Shown: positions 9,194-18,434, numbered from the stretch's first letter. The stretch: 48,284 nt of DNA from Minisyncoccia bacterium (GCA_041623915.1 JBFJWB010000001.1:1-48284); one strand, 5' to 3'. Notes: a model not told the origin generated them from the letters alone. A program made the numbers and translations.

Positions 9194-9269
9194 GCCAGAG
9201 TAGCTCAGTTGGTAGAGCAATCCCTTCGTAAGGGATAGGTCGCCGGTTCAAACCCGGCCTCTGGCTCCA
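9194..9269 (+). tRNA. tRNA-Thr (CGT), CCA encoded
   Basis: Acceptor GCCAGAG/CTCTGGC, anticodon stem ATCCC/GGGAT with loop TTCGTAA, T arm GCCGG-TTCAAAC-CCGGC, then TCCA. Confidence 0.9.
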
Positions 9270-9321
9270 AAAGAAACAATAGTTTCGCTAAATAAGGTTT
9301 TTAGTTTAGACTTATTTAAAT

Positions 9322-10194
9322 ATGACTGATACAGAAAAACGTCTTGCAGAAATTGAGGCGTGTATGTCGGAACCAGATTTTTGGGCCGATAAATCATCAG
9401 CTCAAGCTATGGTGCAAGAGTACCAGCAACTTAAAGAGGGCGGTGAAGACGGGCACGATAACGGGAATGCGTCGCTCGCAATCCTAGCTGGAGCTGGTGG
9501 AGATGATGCAGAAGATTTTGCCAGCATGTTGCGCCGTATGTATGAAGGATATGCAGGAAAAAACGGATGGCAAGTGCGCGAGCTTCATTCAAATGAGAAT
9601 GATAAAGGAGGATACCGTAATGTCGTGCTTGAAATATCTGGTAAGGGTGCATACGGAAGATTAAAAAAGGAGTCTGGCGTGCATCGCTTGGTGCGACTTT
9701 CTCCATTTAATGCAAATTCAAAACGACAAACTTCCTTCGCGCTTGTTGAAGTGCTTCCAACAATCGCACCTGTTGGTCAGGTGGTTTTGAATTCAGACGA
9801 TTTAGAAATACAGTTTGCTCGCTCCGGCGGTGCTGGAGGTCAAAATGTAAATAAGCGCGAGACTGCAGTTAGGATACTGCATACACCGACAAATCTTTCT
9901 GTCCATGTTTCAAGTGAGCGTAGTCAATTGGCAAATCGCGAGAAGGCAATGGAACTTTTGAAAGCAAAGATATATGCGAAAGAAGTGGAGCAACAGCAAG
10001 CAGAAGCTGAGGGGCGATCTGTAGCAAAAACTACAGCAAATGAGTGGGGAAGCCAAATTCGCTCTTACGTGCTACACCCATATAAAATGGTAAAAGATCA
10101 TCGCACGGGCCACGAGTCAGGCAATCCGGACAAAGTCTTAGAAGGCGATCTGGATGATTTTATAGACGCTTCTGGTGCAGGTGCGGTACAATAG
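9322..10194 (+). CDS. prfB: Peptide chain release factor 2, short form (290 aa, N-terminal domain truncated, no programmed frameshift)
   Basis: SPF tripeptide ([14 protein letters not shown]), GGQ motif ([17 protein letters not shown]) and C-terminal [22 protein letters not shown]. Confidence 0.9.
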   Translation: MTDTEKRLAEIEACMSEPDFWADKSSAQAMVQEYQQLKEGGEDGHDNGNASLAILAGAGGDDAEDFASMLRRMYEGYAGKNGWQVRELHSNENDKGGYRNVVLEISGKGAYGRLKKESGVHRLVRLSPFNANSKRQTSFALVEVLPTIAPVGQVVLNSDDLEIQFARSGGAGGQNVNKRETAVRILHTPTNLSVHVSSERSQLANREKAMELLKAKIYAKEVEQQQAEAEGRSVAKTTANEWGSQIRSYVLHPYKMVKDHRTGHESGNPDKVLEGDLDDFIDASGAGAVQ

Positions 10195-10204
10195 CTGACG
10201 AACC

Positions 10205-10882
10205 ATGATTTATTTTGACAAGGTAACCAAGAGGTACGCAAATGAGGCAGCGCTTGAAGAAATCACTCTCTCTATTGCTCCAAAAGAATTTGTATCTATT
10301 GTTGGACATTCTGGCGCAGGAAAAACAACACTCCTAAAATTACTTCTTGCGGAAGAAGTGCCTTCCGAGGGATCAGTATTTTTCGAATCTATAAATGTAA
10401 ACGACTTGCCTCAAGGATCGCTACATCACTATAGACGTAAGTTGGGGACTGTATTTCAAGACTTTCGTTTGATCCCAAGTAAAACTGCATATGAAAATAT
10501 AGCATTTGCAATGGAAGCTTCAGGGCAAAGCAATGAAGCTATTAAAAGCGATGTCCCATATATACTTGAGTTGGTTAATTTGAGTGATAAAGCTGGACAT
10601 TTCCCAGACCAGCTTTCCGGTGGAGAGAAACAAAGAGTTGCAATCGGTCGAGCGATTATTAATCAACCAGAAGTAATTGTTGCAGACGAGCCAACTGGTA
10701 ATTTGGACCCAATTAATACTTACGAGATTGTAGAGATTTTGAAAAAGATAAATGAATTAGGAACCACAGTACTAATTACCACACACAATAAAGGAGTGGT
10801 GGACGCGATTGGTAAACGCGTTATTACTATGGATCGCGGAAAGGTCACGCGCGATGACGCTGGAGGTAAATTCGTACTGTAG
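10205..10882 (+). CDS. ftsE: Cell division ATP-binding protein FtsE
   Basis: Walker A GHSGAGKTT, signature LSGGEKQRVAI, Walker B VIVADEPTGNLD. Directly followed by ftsX. Confidence 0.9.
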   Translation: MIYFDKVTKRYANEAALEEITLSIAPKEFVSIVGHSGAGKTTLLKLLLAEEVPSEGSVFFESINVNDLPQGSLHHYRRKLGTVFQDFRLIPSKTAYENIAFAMEASGQSNEAIKSDVPYILELVNLSDKAGHFPDQLSGGEKQRVAIGRAIINQPEVIVADEPTGNLDPINTYEIVEILKKINELGTTVLITTHNKGVVDAIGKRVITMDRGKVTRDDAGGKFVL

Positions 10883-10891
10883 AATACTCTT

Positions 10892-11818
10892 ATGACGTGG
10901 ATAACAATAAAAAGAATAATAGGATCTGGTTGGAAGAGTTTTGTTCGTGGAGGAGCCGTGTCCGCAGCCACAGTGCTCGTGATGACAATTACTCTCGGGA
11001 TTATTGGATCACTCATATTTCTCTCTGCGCTTCTAAATTTCACTCTTGATTCAATACGTGAAAAAGTAGATGTGTCTGTATACTTTGTAACAACTGCAAG
11101 CGAAGAAGAGATTTTCTTACTACAGGATAAATTAGAAGCCTTGCCCCAAGTTAAAGAAGTATCTTACACTTCTCGTGATGAAGCTCTTAGTATTTTCCGA
11201 GAACGGCACGCAAATGACCAACTAACTCTACAGGCGTTAGATGAACTTGGTGAGAATCCTCTTGACGCCTCACTTGAAGTGCAGGCAACAAATCCAGATC
11301 AATATGAAAGCATTGTTACATTTCTTGAAGCTACACCAGCACTTTCAGCTAGTGGGACTTCTATTATTGACCGAATTAATTATCAACAAAATAAAGAAGT
11401 TATTGATAGACTGTCGCTTGCTATACAAGCAACACGAGATATAGGCATTGTAGTTGTCGTGCTTTTTGCAGTGGCTTCAATTTTGATTGCATTTGCAACC
11501 ATTCGTCTCGCGATATATTCCTCTAAAGAGGAGATAGCCGTTATGCGCTTAGTTGGAGCAAGTAATGCATATGTAAGAGGTCCGTTTATGGTGACGGGCG
11601 TTGTTACTGGAGTTGTCGCGTCGCTTCTTGTTATTGCAATTCTATTGCCTGCTTCATGGTATGTCAGTGGCAAGACTATCTTTTGGTTTGGTGGCTTTAG
11701 TCTTTTTGAGTATTACATAACACACTTCGGTCCGATATTCCTTACATTAATTGGCGCTGGTATTGTGCTCGGAGCATTGGCAAGTTTGTTTGCTGTCCGC
11801 AAGTATCTGAGATCGTAG
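10892..11818 (+). CDS. ftsX: Cell division permease-like protein FtsX
   Basis: One TM, a periplasmic domain, then three C-terminal TMs. Adjacent to ftsE. Confidence 0.85.
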   Translation: MTWITIKRIIGSGWKSFVRGGAVSAATVLVMTITLGIIGSLIFLSALLNFTLDSIREKVDVSVYFVTTASEEEIFLLQDKLEALPQVKEVSYTSRDEALSIFRERHANDQLTLQALDELGENPLDASLEVQATNPDQYESIVTFLEATPALSASGTSIIDRINYQQNKEVIDRLSLAIQATRDIGIVVVVLFAVASILIAFATIRLAIYSSKEEIAVMRLVGASNAYVRGPFMVTGVVTGVVASLLVIAILLPASWYVSGKTIFWFGGFSLFEYYITHFGPIFLTLIGAGIVLGALASLFAVRKYLRS

Positions 11819-11820
11819 TC

Positions 11821-13473
11821 ATGGCTCGCAAGGGACATAAATATATATTTGTACTCGGTGGGGTAATGAGTGGGGTGGGTAAAGGGATCGCAGCTTCCTC
11901 CATTGGACTTCTTATTCAGGAGCGTGGATACGTTGTCAATATGACGAAAGTAGATCCTTATCTTAATGTAGATGCTGGAACAATGAACCCAACAGAACAT
12001 GGTGAAGTATTTGTCCTAAAAAGTGGTTTGGAGACCGATCAAGATATGGGCAATTATGAACGCTTTCTTGGAAGAGATTTAACCCCAGAAGATTACATGA
12101 CGTCTGGAATGGTCTACCGTACAGTGATTGATCGCGAGAGATCTTTACAATACAAAGGCAAATGTGTGGAAGCAGTACCACATGTGCGAGATGAAATCCT
12201 TACTCGAATGAAGGCAGCCGCAAAGCATAATGGCAGTAATGTATCCGTTATTGAAATTGGAGGCACGATAGGTGATTTTCAAAACGCACTTTTCATCGAA
12301 GCCGCCCGAGTTCTTCATATGGAAAATCCAGACGACGTGATTTTCATAATGGTGTCGTATCTTCCTGTCCCAGGTACTCTTGGTGAAATGAAGACAAAGC
12401 CAACTCAAACAGCTGTGCGAGCCCTTAATTCTTATGGAGTACAGCCAGATTTCATTATTGCTCGCTCTACAAAACCAATGGACTCTAAACGCAAAGAGAA
12501 ACTCGCTACATGGTGTAATGTTCGTGCAGATCGTATTATTTCTGCACCTGACGTAAGCAGTATATACGAAGTACCACTCAACTTTGATAAGGACAAACTC
12601 GCTGATTCACTTCTAAAAACTCTTGGGTTAAGAGCAAAGAAAGAAGCAGATCTTACAAAGTGGAAGAAGTTTGCACGTGCCATACAAAAAACTAAAGGGG
12701 CAGAAATCTCCATTGCTGTAGTCGGAAAGTATTTTGATACTGGTGATTTTGTACTCTCAGATGCATATCTGTCAGTTATTGAGGCTATAAAATTCTCTGC
12801 GGCGCACATTGGTCAGCGAGTGAAGATTACTTGGGTGAACTCAAAGGATTTTGAAAACGGTACATCTGTAACAACTCTTGGTAAGTTTGACGGAATTCTT
12901 GTCCCAGGTGGTTTTGGCGAGTCTGGAATTGAAGGGAAAATTAAAGCAATAAAGTATGCACGTACTCATGGAGTGCCGTACTTCGGTATATGCTATGGCA
13001 TGCAGTTAATGGTGATTGAGTATGCTCGTAATGTAGCCAATCTTTCTGGAGCGCATACTACAGAGATTGATGAAAATGCGAAACATCCAATTGTTGCAGT
13101 TATGGATGAGCAAAAAGAAAAGTTGGCTTCTGGAAAGTATGGAGCCACAATGCGTCTCGGTGGTTACTCATGCGTTCTTAAAGATGGGACCATTGCTCGC
13201 AAAGCTTATAAACAAGATATTGTAGATGAACGCCATCGTCATCGATATGAAATCAATCCAAATTATACAAACCAGCTTGAGGAAGCTGGCCTAGTATTTT
13301 CTGGAATAAGTCCTGATAAAAATCTCATGGAAATTGCAGAGTTACCAAAGTCAGCACATCCATACATGCTTGGTGTGCAGTTCCACCCAGAGCTTCAAGC
13401 GCGACCACTTGACCCGCACCCGCTGTTTACAGAGTTTCTAAAATCTGCAGATAAGCGACGTAACGAAAGATAG
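11821..13473 (+). CDS. pyrG: CTP synthase
   Basis: KYIFVLGGVMSGVGKGIAASS..., DPYLNVDAGTMNP, glutaminase domain GICYGMQ and HRHRYE. Confidence 0.95.
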   Translation: MARKGHKYIFVLGGVMSGVGKGIAASSIGLLIQERGYVVNMTKVDPYLNVDAGTMNPTEHGEVFVLKSGLETDQDMGNYERFLGRDLTPEDYMTSGMVYRTVIDRERSLQYKGKCVEAVPHVRDEILTRMKAAAKHNGSNVSVIEIGGTIGDFQNALFIEAARVLHMENPDDVIFIMVSYLPVPGTLGEMKTKPTQTAVRALNSYGVQPDFIIARSTKPMDSKRKEKLATWCNVRADRIISAPDVSSIYEVPLNFDKDKLADSLLKTLGLRAKKEADLTKWKKFARAIQKTKGAEISIAVVGKYFDTGDFVLSDAYLSVIEAIKFSAAHIGQRVKITWVNSKDFENGTSVTTLGKFDGILVPGGFGESGIEGKIKAIKYARTHGVPYFGICYGMQLMVIEYARNVANLSGAHTTEIDENAKHPIVAVMDEQKEKLASGKYGATMRLGGYSCVLKDGTIARKAYKQDIVDERHRHRYEINPNYTNQLEEAGLVFSGISPDKNLMEIAELPKSAHPYMLGVQFHPELQARPLDPHPLFTEFLKSADKRRNER

Positions 13474-13475
13474 GC

Positions 13476-13949
13476 ATGGTAGAGATATTTGGAATGCCTG
13501 TTATATATGTTCATTTAGGCGCGCTGCTGATTCTTATAGTATCTATCCTGTTCGCGGACAAGCATGCTCTCGCATGGGTTCGCGGAAAGGAAGAAGTGCT
13601 TGAATACTCAACAATGGAAAGGATCCATATAATTGTTTGGATAGGACTTATTGTGATGATAATCTCAGGAGTTCTTCTTGCCCTTCCAATAAAAGGTTTT
13701 CTGGTAGCCAACGTAGCGTTTTATGTGAAAATGTTTTTTGTAGTAACGCTCGTGGTCAATAGCTTTTTTATTAGCTCATTCATTAGGACAGCATGTGAGC
13801 GACCATTTACTTCTGTCACAAAAAAAGAAAAGAAACTGTTTATCATAAGTGGAGGAGTTTCAGTAGTTGGATGGCTTGGCGCATTTATCTCAGCTCTATT
13901 TATGAGCGCTTCTCAGTGGACACGTTATTTCCTTTCAATTATTTTCTGA
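13476..13949 (+). CDS. Hypothetical integral membrane protein
   Basis: 157-aa ORF with four to five hydrophobic segments, starting 3 nt after pyrG. Confidence 0.55.
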   Translation: MVEIFGMPVIYVHLGALLILIVSILFADKHALAWVRGKEEVLEYSTMERIHIIVWIGLIVMIISGVLLALPIKGFLVANVAFYVKMFFVVTLVVNSFFISSFIRTACERPFTSVTKKEKKLFIISGGVSVVGWLGAFISALFMSASQWTRYFLSIIF

Positions 13950-13989
13950 AAACTAAAAACCCTCTATATAGAGGGTTTTTAGTTTTCAG
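13946..13989. terminator. Bidirectional terminator (44-nt palindrome)
   Basis: CTGAAAACTAAAAACCCTCTATATAGAGGGTTTTTAGTTTTCAG between convergent genes. Confidence 0.8.
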
Positions 13990-13998
13990 AATACGAGA

Positions 13999-14496
13999 CT
14001 AGTTAACGGTAAGTACCCCTACCATTCCTTGAGCACGGTGACTCCCTACAGAACAATAATACTCAAATGTGCCAGATGAATTAGCTACAAATTCAATAGT
14101 TTCTTGCTCACCTGAGCGAATCTTCTTGGTGGAGGCGCTAAACTCGTCAATGACGAAGTCATGAAAACCATCAATATTTTTGAATGTTACACGCACTGTA
14201 TCACCTTTGTTTACGTTCATGGATGCTGGCATGAAAGAGAAATTCCTTCCTTCAATAGCAAATTCCTTAATAGTTGTGTCTGCTCCTGCTTCTATTTTTG
14301 CGCCATCGGCTGAAACATCTCCTTCAATATTATCACTAACTCTTGTCTCAGTGTCTGGCTCTTCAATGACACTTTCTTCAGAAGTATGGGTTTTTTTCGT
14401 ATCGATCGTAGAAGTTTCTGTATTTTTATCAGATATTAGGGTGTATCCTGCAAAAACAAATGAGCCAATAGCTATTATCAAAATAAGTGTTTTCAT
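13999..14496 (-). CDS. Cupredoxin (plastocyanin/azurin-like blue copper protein), membrane anchored
   Basis: N-terminal TM, then C-terminal copper ligands in FHDFVI ... YYCSVGSHRAQGM (His...Cys-x2-His-x4-Met pattern). Confidence 0.8.
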   Translation of the reverse strand: MKTLILIIAIGSFVFAGYTLISDKNTETSTIDTKKTHTSEESVIEEPDTETRVSDNIEGDVSADGAKIEAGADTTIKEFAIEGRNFSFMPASMNVNKGDTVRVTFKNIDGFHDFVIDEFSASTKKIRSGEQETIEFVANSSGTFEYYCSVGSHRAQGMVGVLTVN

Positions 14497-14612
14497 AATT
14501 TATATTTGTGCCTAGGTATAATATAAGAAAGTATAGCAATTATTGCCATTGAATCTCTGAGTATTTTCAAGTATTGTCTCAATACCTGCAGTGCTTTCGC
14601 ATTGTGGGTATT

Positions 14613-14686
14613 TGGGGGATCGTCTAATGGTAGGACGACTGGTTCTGGTCCAGTTAATCGGGGTTCGAGTCCCTGTCCCCCAGCCA
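14613..14686 (+). tRNA. tRNA-Gln (CTG), CCA encoded
   Basis: Acceptor TGGGGGA/TCCCCCA (U1:A72), anticodon stem ACTGG/CCAGT with loop TTCTGGT, T arm CGGGG-TTCGAGT-CCCTG, then GCCA. Confidence 0.9.
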
Positions 14687-14709
14687 ACTCGTGCGAGGTT
14701 CTTGCGCTC
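14680..14709 (+). repeat. Left copy of a 30-nt direct repeat (tRNA-Gln 3' end plus flank); candidate attL
   Basis: CCAGCCAACTCGTGCGAGGTTCTTGCGCTC matches 38919-38948 at 28 of 30 positions. Confidence 0.6.
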
Positions 14710-14725
14710 GAGACGCGTAGTTTGA
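14704..14725 (+). repeat. Partial copy of the 5' end of the 94-nt R element
   Basis: GCGCTCGAGACGCGTAGTTTG matches the first 21 nt of R1 (38831) and R2 (41079) with one or two mismatches, then diverges. Confidence 0.5.
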
Positions 14726-14778
14726 GAGTCTAGTGGACACTGTTGTTGCCTCAGAGTGCAATTTTCCTTTTTAAGGAA

Positions 14779-14799
14779 TTAGTGTATAAAATACACATG
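14779..14799. promoter_or_regulatory. NrtR-box-like site overlapping the nrtR start codon (possible autoregulation)
   Basis: TTAGTGTATAAAATACACATG contains GT-N7-AC and shares TTAGTGTATA with the site at 15513. Confidence 0.35.
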
Positions 14800-15462
14800 T
14801 CAAAAAATAAAGCACCACGCTTTGCTGTAGTTGCAGTAGATGCGGTTTGCTTTTCGATTTTAGAGAACAAACTCCACGTACTTCTTGGTGAGGTAAACAT
14901 AAAGCCATTTTATGCTGACCGACTTGGTCTCATTGGTGGGTTAGTAGCACCAGAGCAGAGTGCTGAAGAGGCGGTAGAACAGCAACTTATGAAGAAGGTG
15001 GGTATAACGAACCTATATAAAGAGCAACTCCATACATTTAGCAAGCTAACGCGTGACCCACGCAACAGGGTAATTTCTATTGCGTATTTGTGCCTCACAG
15101 CAGACCCTTTTGAGATGCGAGGAGGATCAATTCAGACTATTTGGTGCCCTATAGATGAGGTGCCCGATCTTGCGTACGATCATAACGAAATACTCAGTGT
15201 TGCTGTAGAGCGCCTACGTTCGAGAGTAGGGTATACCAATGTCATACAACATTTCCTTCCCAAAGAGTTCACATTAACAGATTTGCAAGGCGCATATGAG
15301 ACCGTGCTTAACCGCTCGCTTGATAAGCGCAATTTCAGAAAAAAGGTGAAAGATGTGCAATTAGTTCGGGCAACAGAGAAGAAGATCAAGAGGGGGGCAA
15401 GTCGGCCTGCAGAGCTGTATCGCTTTGCCTCTCGCGGTCTGACCGCCATCGAAATCCTTTAG
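14797..15462 (+). CDS. nrtR: NrtR-family transcriptional regulator (degenerate Nudix domain plus C-terminal winged helix)
   Basis: The Nudix box is degenerate (GGLVAPEQSAEEAVEQQLMKKVGI; RE changed to EQ, EE changed to KK). The C-terminal FTLTDLQGAYETVLNRSLDKRNFRKKV...RPAELYRF is typical of NrtR. Confidence 0.8.
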   Translation: MSKNKAPRFAVVAVDAVCFSILENKLHVLLGEVNIKPFYADRLGLIGGLVAPEQSAEEAVEQQLMKKVGITNLYKEQLHTFSKLTRDPRNRVISIAYLCLTADPFEMRGGSIQTIWCPIDEVPDLAYDHNEILSVAVERLRSRVGYTNVIQHFLPKEFTLTDLQGAYETVLNRSLDKRNFRKKVKDVQLVRATEKKIKRGASRPAELYRFASRGLTAIEIL

Positions 15463-15498
15463 TCCTGCAGAGTGCTCCGCAGATGTGGATAGTAATAC

Positions 15499-15538
15499 TT
15501 GACACCATTATCTTAGTGTATATACTACACTAAGATAA
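15499..15538 (+). promoter_or_regulatory. Sigma70-like promoter overlapped by a 31-nt palindrome (candidate NrtR operator)
   Basis: TTGACA (15499-15504), 16-nt spacer, TATACT (15521-15526). The palindrome TTATCTTAGTGTA-TATAC-TACACTAAGATAA (15508-15538) has perfect 13-bp arms and a GT-N7-AC core. Confidence 0.55.
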
Positions 15539-15724
15539 AACACAGGGACATGTTTTACTTGACGAGTTAGCATTTTTCTAGTAAAGAAAGCAAACCCATA
15601 GACACTTATGTCAAGACGTTTCAAGCTCTCGAGAGAGGGAATGAGTCGTCTCGACATTAGGCCGAGATGTTCTTTTAAAAACCTATACTCATCGCAGTTA
15701 AAGCTGTATTAGGAGGATGCTCAA

Positions 15725-16564
15725 ATGGATACATTCCAAATAGCTGGCGCTTCGGTGCCAGGAGTGGACCACATCATGCCAGGCAAGCCCGGTTGGAAAA
15801 ACAACCAGGATGCCTTCTTGTGGAGGCAGTCATCGCAACACATCATTGGTGTGGTTTGCGACGGTTGTGGCAGTAGTCAGTACAGCGAAGTGGGCGCCCG
15901 CGTGGGTGCTCATGTCGTCGTGGATACTGCGGATCTCATCCTCGGCAATAGTGCTATTTCGGCCGACTCTTCAGAGTCTGCCGAGGCATTCTGTCGGGAT
16001 CTCACCCAAAAGGCGTGTGCTCGTCTTACGACAATTATTTCGCTGCTCGGTGGTGATTTCAAGGATGTCGCACTGGATCAGTTTCTTTTCTCGACGGTTG
16101 GTTTCGTACTAACGTCGAATGCGTTGCTGGTCTTCTCGTGCGGTGATGGGGTGTACGCAATAAACGGCAAGATCGCGACCATCGGTCCGTTCCCCGGGAA
16201 TGCACCGCCCTATCTAACGTATTCGTTGCTTTCCGGGAAAACGTCATTCACGCAACAAGCCTTACGGCCCGCTGATGACGTGCAGTCGGTATTGATCGGC
16301 ACAGACGGCGTTGCGGATCTCATTGCGGTAGCGGATGTTGATATGCCGGGTCAGAAGGACGCCATTGGCCATCTCAGTCAATTCTGGGATACCGAAAAAT
16401 TCTTCAAAAACCCGGACGCCATCCGTCGCCGGCTTGCGCTCGTGAACCGTGAACGTGTTCTCGATGGCCGTATTAAACACGGTTTGTTACATGACGATAC
16501 GACACTCGTTGTTCTTCGACGGGTATTCCAGCAAGGAGAGGGCATATGCCACACTACTTCCTGA
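15725..16564 (+). CDS. PP2C-family protein phosphatase (PP2C_2-like)
   Basis: Strong RBS AGGAGG 9 nt upstream. Motifs KNNQDAF, GVVCDGCGSS, SCGDG and IGTDGVADL are typical of bacterial PP2C-like phosphatases. Confidence 0.8.
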   Translation: MDTFQIAGASVPGVDHIMPGKPGWKNNQDAFLWRQSSQHIIGVVCDGCGSSQYSEVGARVGAHVVVDTADLILGNSAISADSSESAEAFCRDLTQKACARLTTIISLLGGDFKDVALDQFLFSTVGFVLTSNALLVFSCGDGVYAINGKIATIGPFPGNAPPYLTYSLLSGKTSFTQQALRPADDVQSVLIGTDGVADLIAVADVDMPGQKDAIGHLSQFWDTEKFFKNPDAIRRRLALVNRERVLDGRIKHGLLHDDTTLVVLRRVFQQGEGICHTTS

Positions 16565-18411
16565 AAAGTGGACAGCGTCTCCGGCTTCGGCCGGACAGTG
16601 CTGTCGGTAAGGGTGGCGAGGCTGATGTCTTTCTTGACAAAGGTCGTGCCGTGAAAATCTTCAAACCACCAACGCATGCTGATCTCGCGGGTAATCCGCA
16701 GGAACAGGCTGCATCAAAGGAACGTCTTGCTGAGCATCAGCACAAACTACCAACCTTCCCGAGAGGTCTTCCTTCGCGGGTCGTGGCTCCACGTGAGCTT
16801 GTCTATGACGCCAAGAACCGCATCGCCGGTTATTGCATGGATCATGTGGCAGGTGCTGAAGTGCTCTACCATTATGGGGAGCGGTCCTTCAGAGATGCCG
16901 GCGTTTCGGACGATACCGTAGTCTCAGTATTGGCAGATCTGCACCGTACGGTACAGGCTGTACACGATGCGCAGGTCATCATTGGAGACTTCAATGACAT
17001 GAATGTTCTGGTTAAGCAGACCGCAGCATTCCTCATCGATGCGGACAGCATGCAGTGGGGGTCATGGAAAACGCGGGTATTTACGGCGAGGTTCGTCGAC
17101 CCGCTTCTATGCGATCCGCATGCAAAGTCGTTAATGCTAGCCAAGCCACATACCGAACATTCTGATTGGTATGCGTACGCAGTTATGCTGATGCGACTAC
17201 TGCTGTTTGTCGAACCATTTGGGGGTGTCTATATGCCAAAAGATCCGAAAAAGCGTGTTGTGCATACGCAACGTCCGCTTAAACGGATCACGGTGTTTGA
17301 TCCTGAGGTGCGGTATCCCAAACCTGCACGACCATACCACATTCTTCCGGATGACTTGCTTGATTTCTTCGAGCAAACCTTCGCGAAGGATATGCGTAAA
17401 GTCCCGCCATACTCGCTGGTCGAGAATCTTCGGTTCGCGACTTGTACCAAGTGTGGCACCGTGCATGCGCGGGGAACCTGTCCTTCGTGTATAACTATCA
17501 CACCGCCTATGCGGAAAGAGGTGCACGCGGGCAGGATTTCGGCATTCAAGGAGTTCACCACCTTCGGAGTCATTCTGTACGCCACTATCGACGGCGATAC
17601 GCTCCGCTACCTGTATCATCGGGACGGAGTGTACGTACGTGAGAATGACGTGCGGGTGCTGTCCGGTGCTCTCGATCCACACATCCGGTACCGCATTAGC
17701 GGTTCACGGACAGTGATGGGTCGCGGTGAACGGGCACTCCTTCTCGAAGGAGATGTTCCAGAGCAATTCGCCACAGATGCCCACAATCTTCTTTCGCTCT
17801 TCGATGCAAACAGGAAGCATGTCTTCTATGTGCACGCAGGCGGGCTATGGAGGGTGAGCAACCTTGGTGTCCAGTATCCAGAACGATGGGGCGACGTGCT
17901 TGCACGACAGACCCTGTTCTGGGTGGGTGAGAAATTCGGTTTTGGGTTCTATCGGGCAGGGGAGCTTTGTCGCTTTTTTGTCTTCAACACGACTCATGCC
18001 GGTATCAACGATTCGGTCAACTTGCCGCCACTTAGTGGCCAGCTGGTCGATGCGACGTGCTGTTTCGGCAAGGACCGCATTTGGTTCTTCGTCGCAACTA
18101 GCGAAGGTGGACAGACCGTTCATCGGTGTCACGTTCTCGATGGTCGCGGAACATATCTCGCAAGTGCTGACGCCATTGCCGGAGACGGTAGTTGGCTCCA
18201 GACTTTGCGCGGGAAGTGTGCTGCAAACGATTTCCTGCTTTCGGCAACTGATAATGGTGTCGTACGTGTGGAAGTCGGGAACGGCGTAGCCGTGACCAAA
18301 GAGTTTCCTGCAACCACGGAGTTCGTTGATTCTGACTCGCGCATCCTCCTTGGTAGCAAGGGGCTCTACACGATCAGAAAGAACGAGATTTGGCGGTTGG
18401 TTCTCAAATAG
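16546..18411 (+). CDS. Protein kinase-like protein with a Zn-ribbon and a C-terminal domain of about 300 aa of unknown function
   Basis: Overlaps the PP2C gene by 19 nt. Gly-rich loop GKGGEADVF, Lys in AVKIF, catalytic loop IIGDFNDMNVLV (D-x4-N), metal-binding LIDADS, and CTKCGTVHARGTCPSC. Confidence 0.75.
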   Translation: MPHYFLKSGQRLRLRPDSAVGKGGEADVFLDKGRAVKIFKPPTHADLAGNPQEQAASKERLAEHQHKLPTFPRGLPSRVVAPRELVYDAKNRIAGYCMDHVAGAEVLYHYGERSFRDAGVSDDTVVSVLADLHRTVQAVHDAQVIIGDFNDMNVLVKQTAAFLIDADSMQWGSWKTRVFTARFVDPLLCDPHAKSLMLAKPHTEHSDWYAYAVMLMRLLLFVEPFGGVYMPKDPKKRVVHTQRPLKRITVFDPEVRYPKPARPYHILPDDLLDFFEQTFAKDMRKVPPYSLVENLRFATCTKCGTVHARGTCPSCITITPPMRKEVHAGRISAFKEFTTFGVILYATIDGDTLRYLYHRDGVYVRENDVRVLSGALDPHIRYRISGSRTVMGRGERALLLEGDVPEQFATDAHNLLSLFDANRKHVFYVHAGGLWRVSNLGVQYPERWGDVLARQTLFWVGEKFGFGFYRAGELCRFFVFNTTHAGINDSVNLPPLSGQLVDATCCFGKDRIWFFVATSEGGQTVHRCHVLDGRGTYLASADAIAGDGSWLQTLRGKCAANDFLLSATDNGVVRVEVGNGVAVTKEFPATTEFVDSDSRILLGSKGLYTIRKNEIWRLVLK

Positions 18412-18434
18412 TACTGCAAAGTAAGGAGTCGTTC

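Noticed and set aside
9270-9400. A programmed +1 frameshift site (CTT TGA C) or split prfB.
   Set aside because: No such site and no upstream ORF fragment exist. The ORF starts at the ATG 9322, directly after an AT-rich spacer.
15608-15712. A 34-codon upstream ORF ending inside the PP2C Shine-Dalgarno sequence.
   Set aside because: It has no RBS and an unremarkable composition. It cannot be distinguished from chance in a 190-nt leader.
17197-17682. Long antisense and alternative-frame ORFs across the kinase gene (for example 17197-17682 -, 17229-17585 -, 17864-18289 +).
   Set aside because: They lie wholly inside a 621-aa ORF with clear kinase motifs. Their translations are Arg/His/Ser-rich low-complexity sequence, as expected from stop-poor GC-rich DNA.
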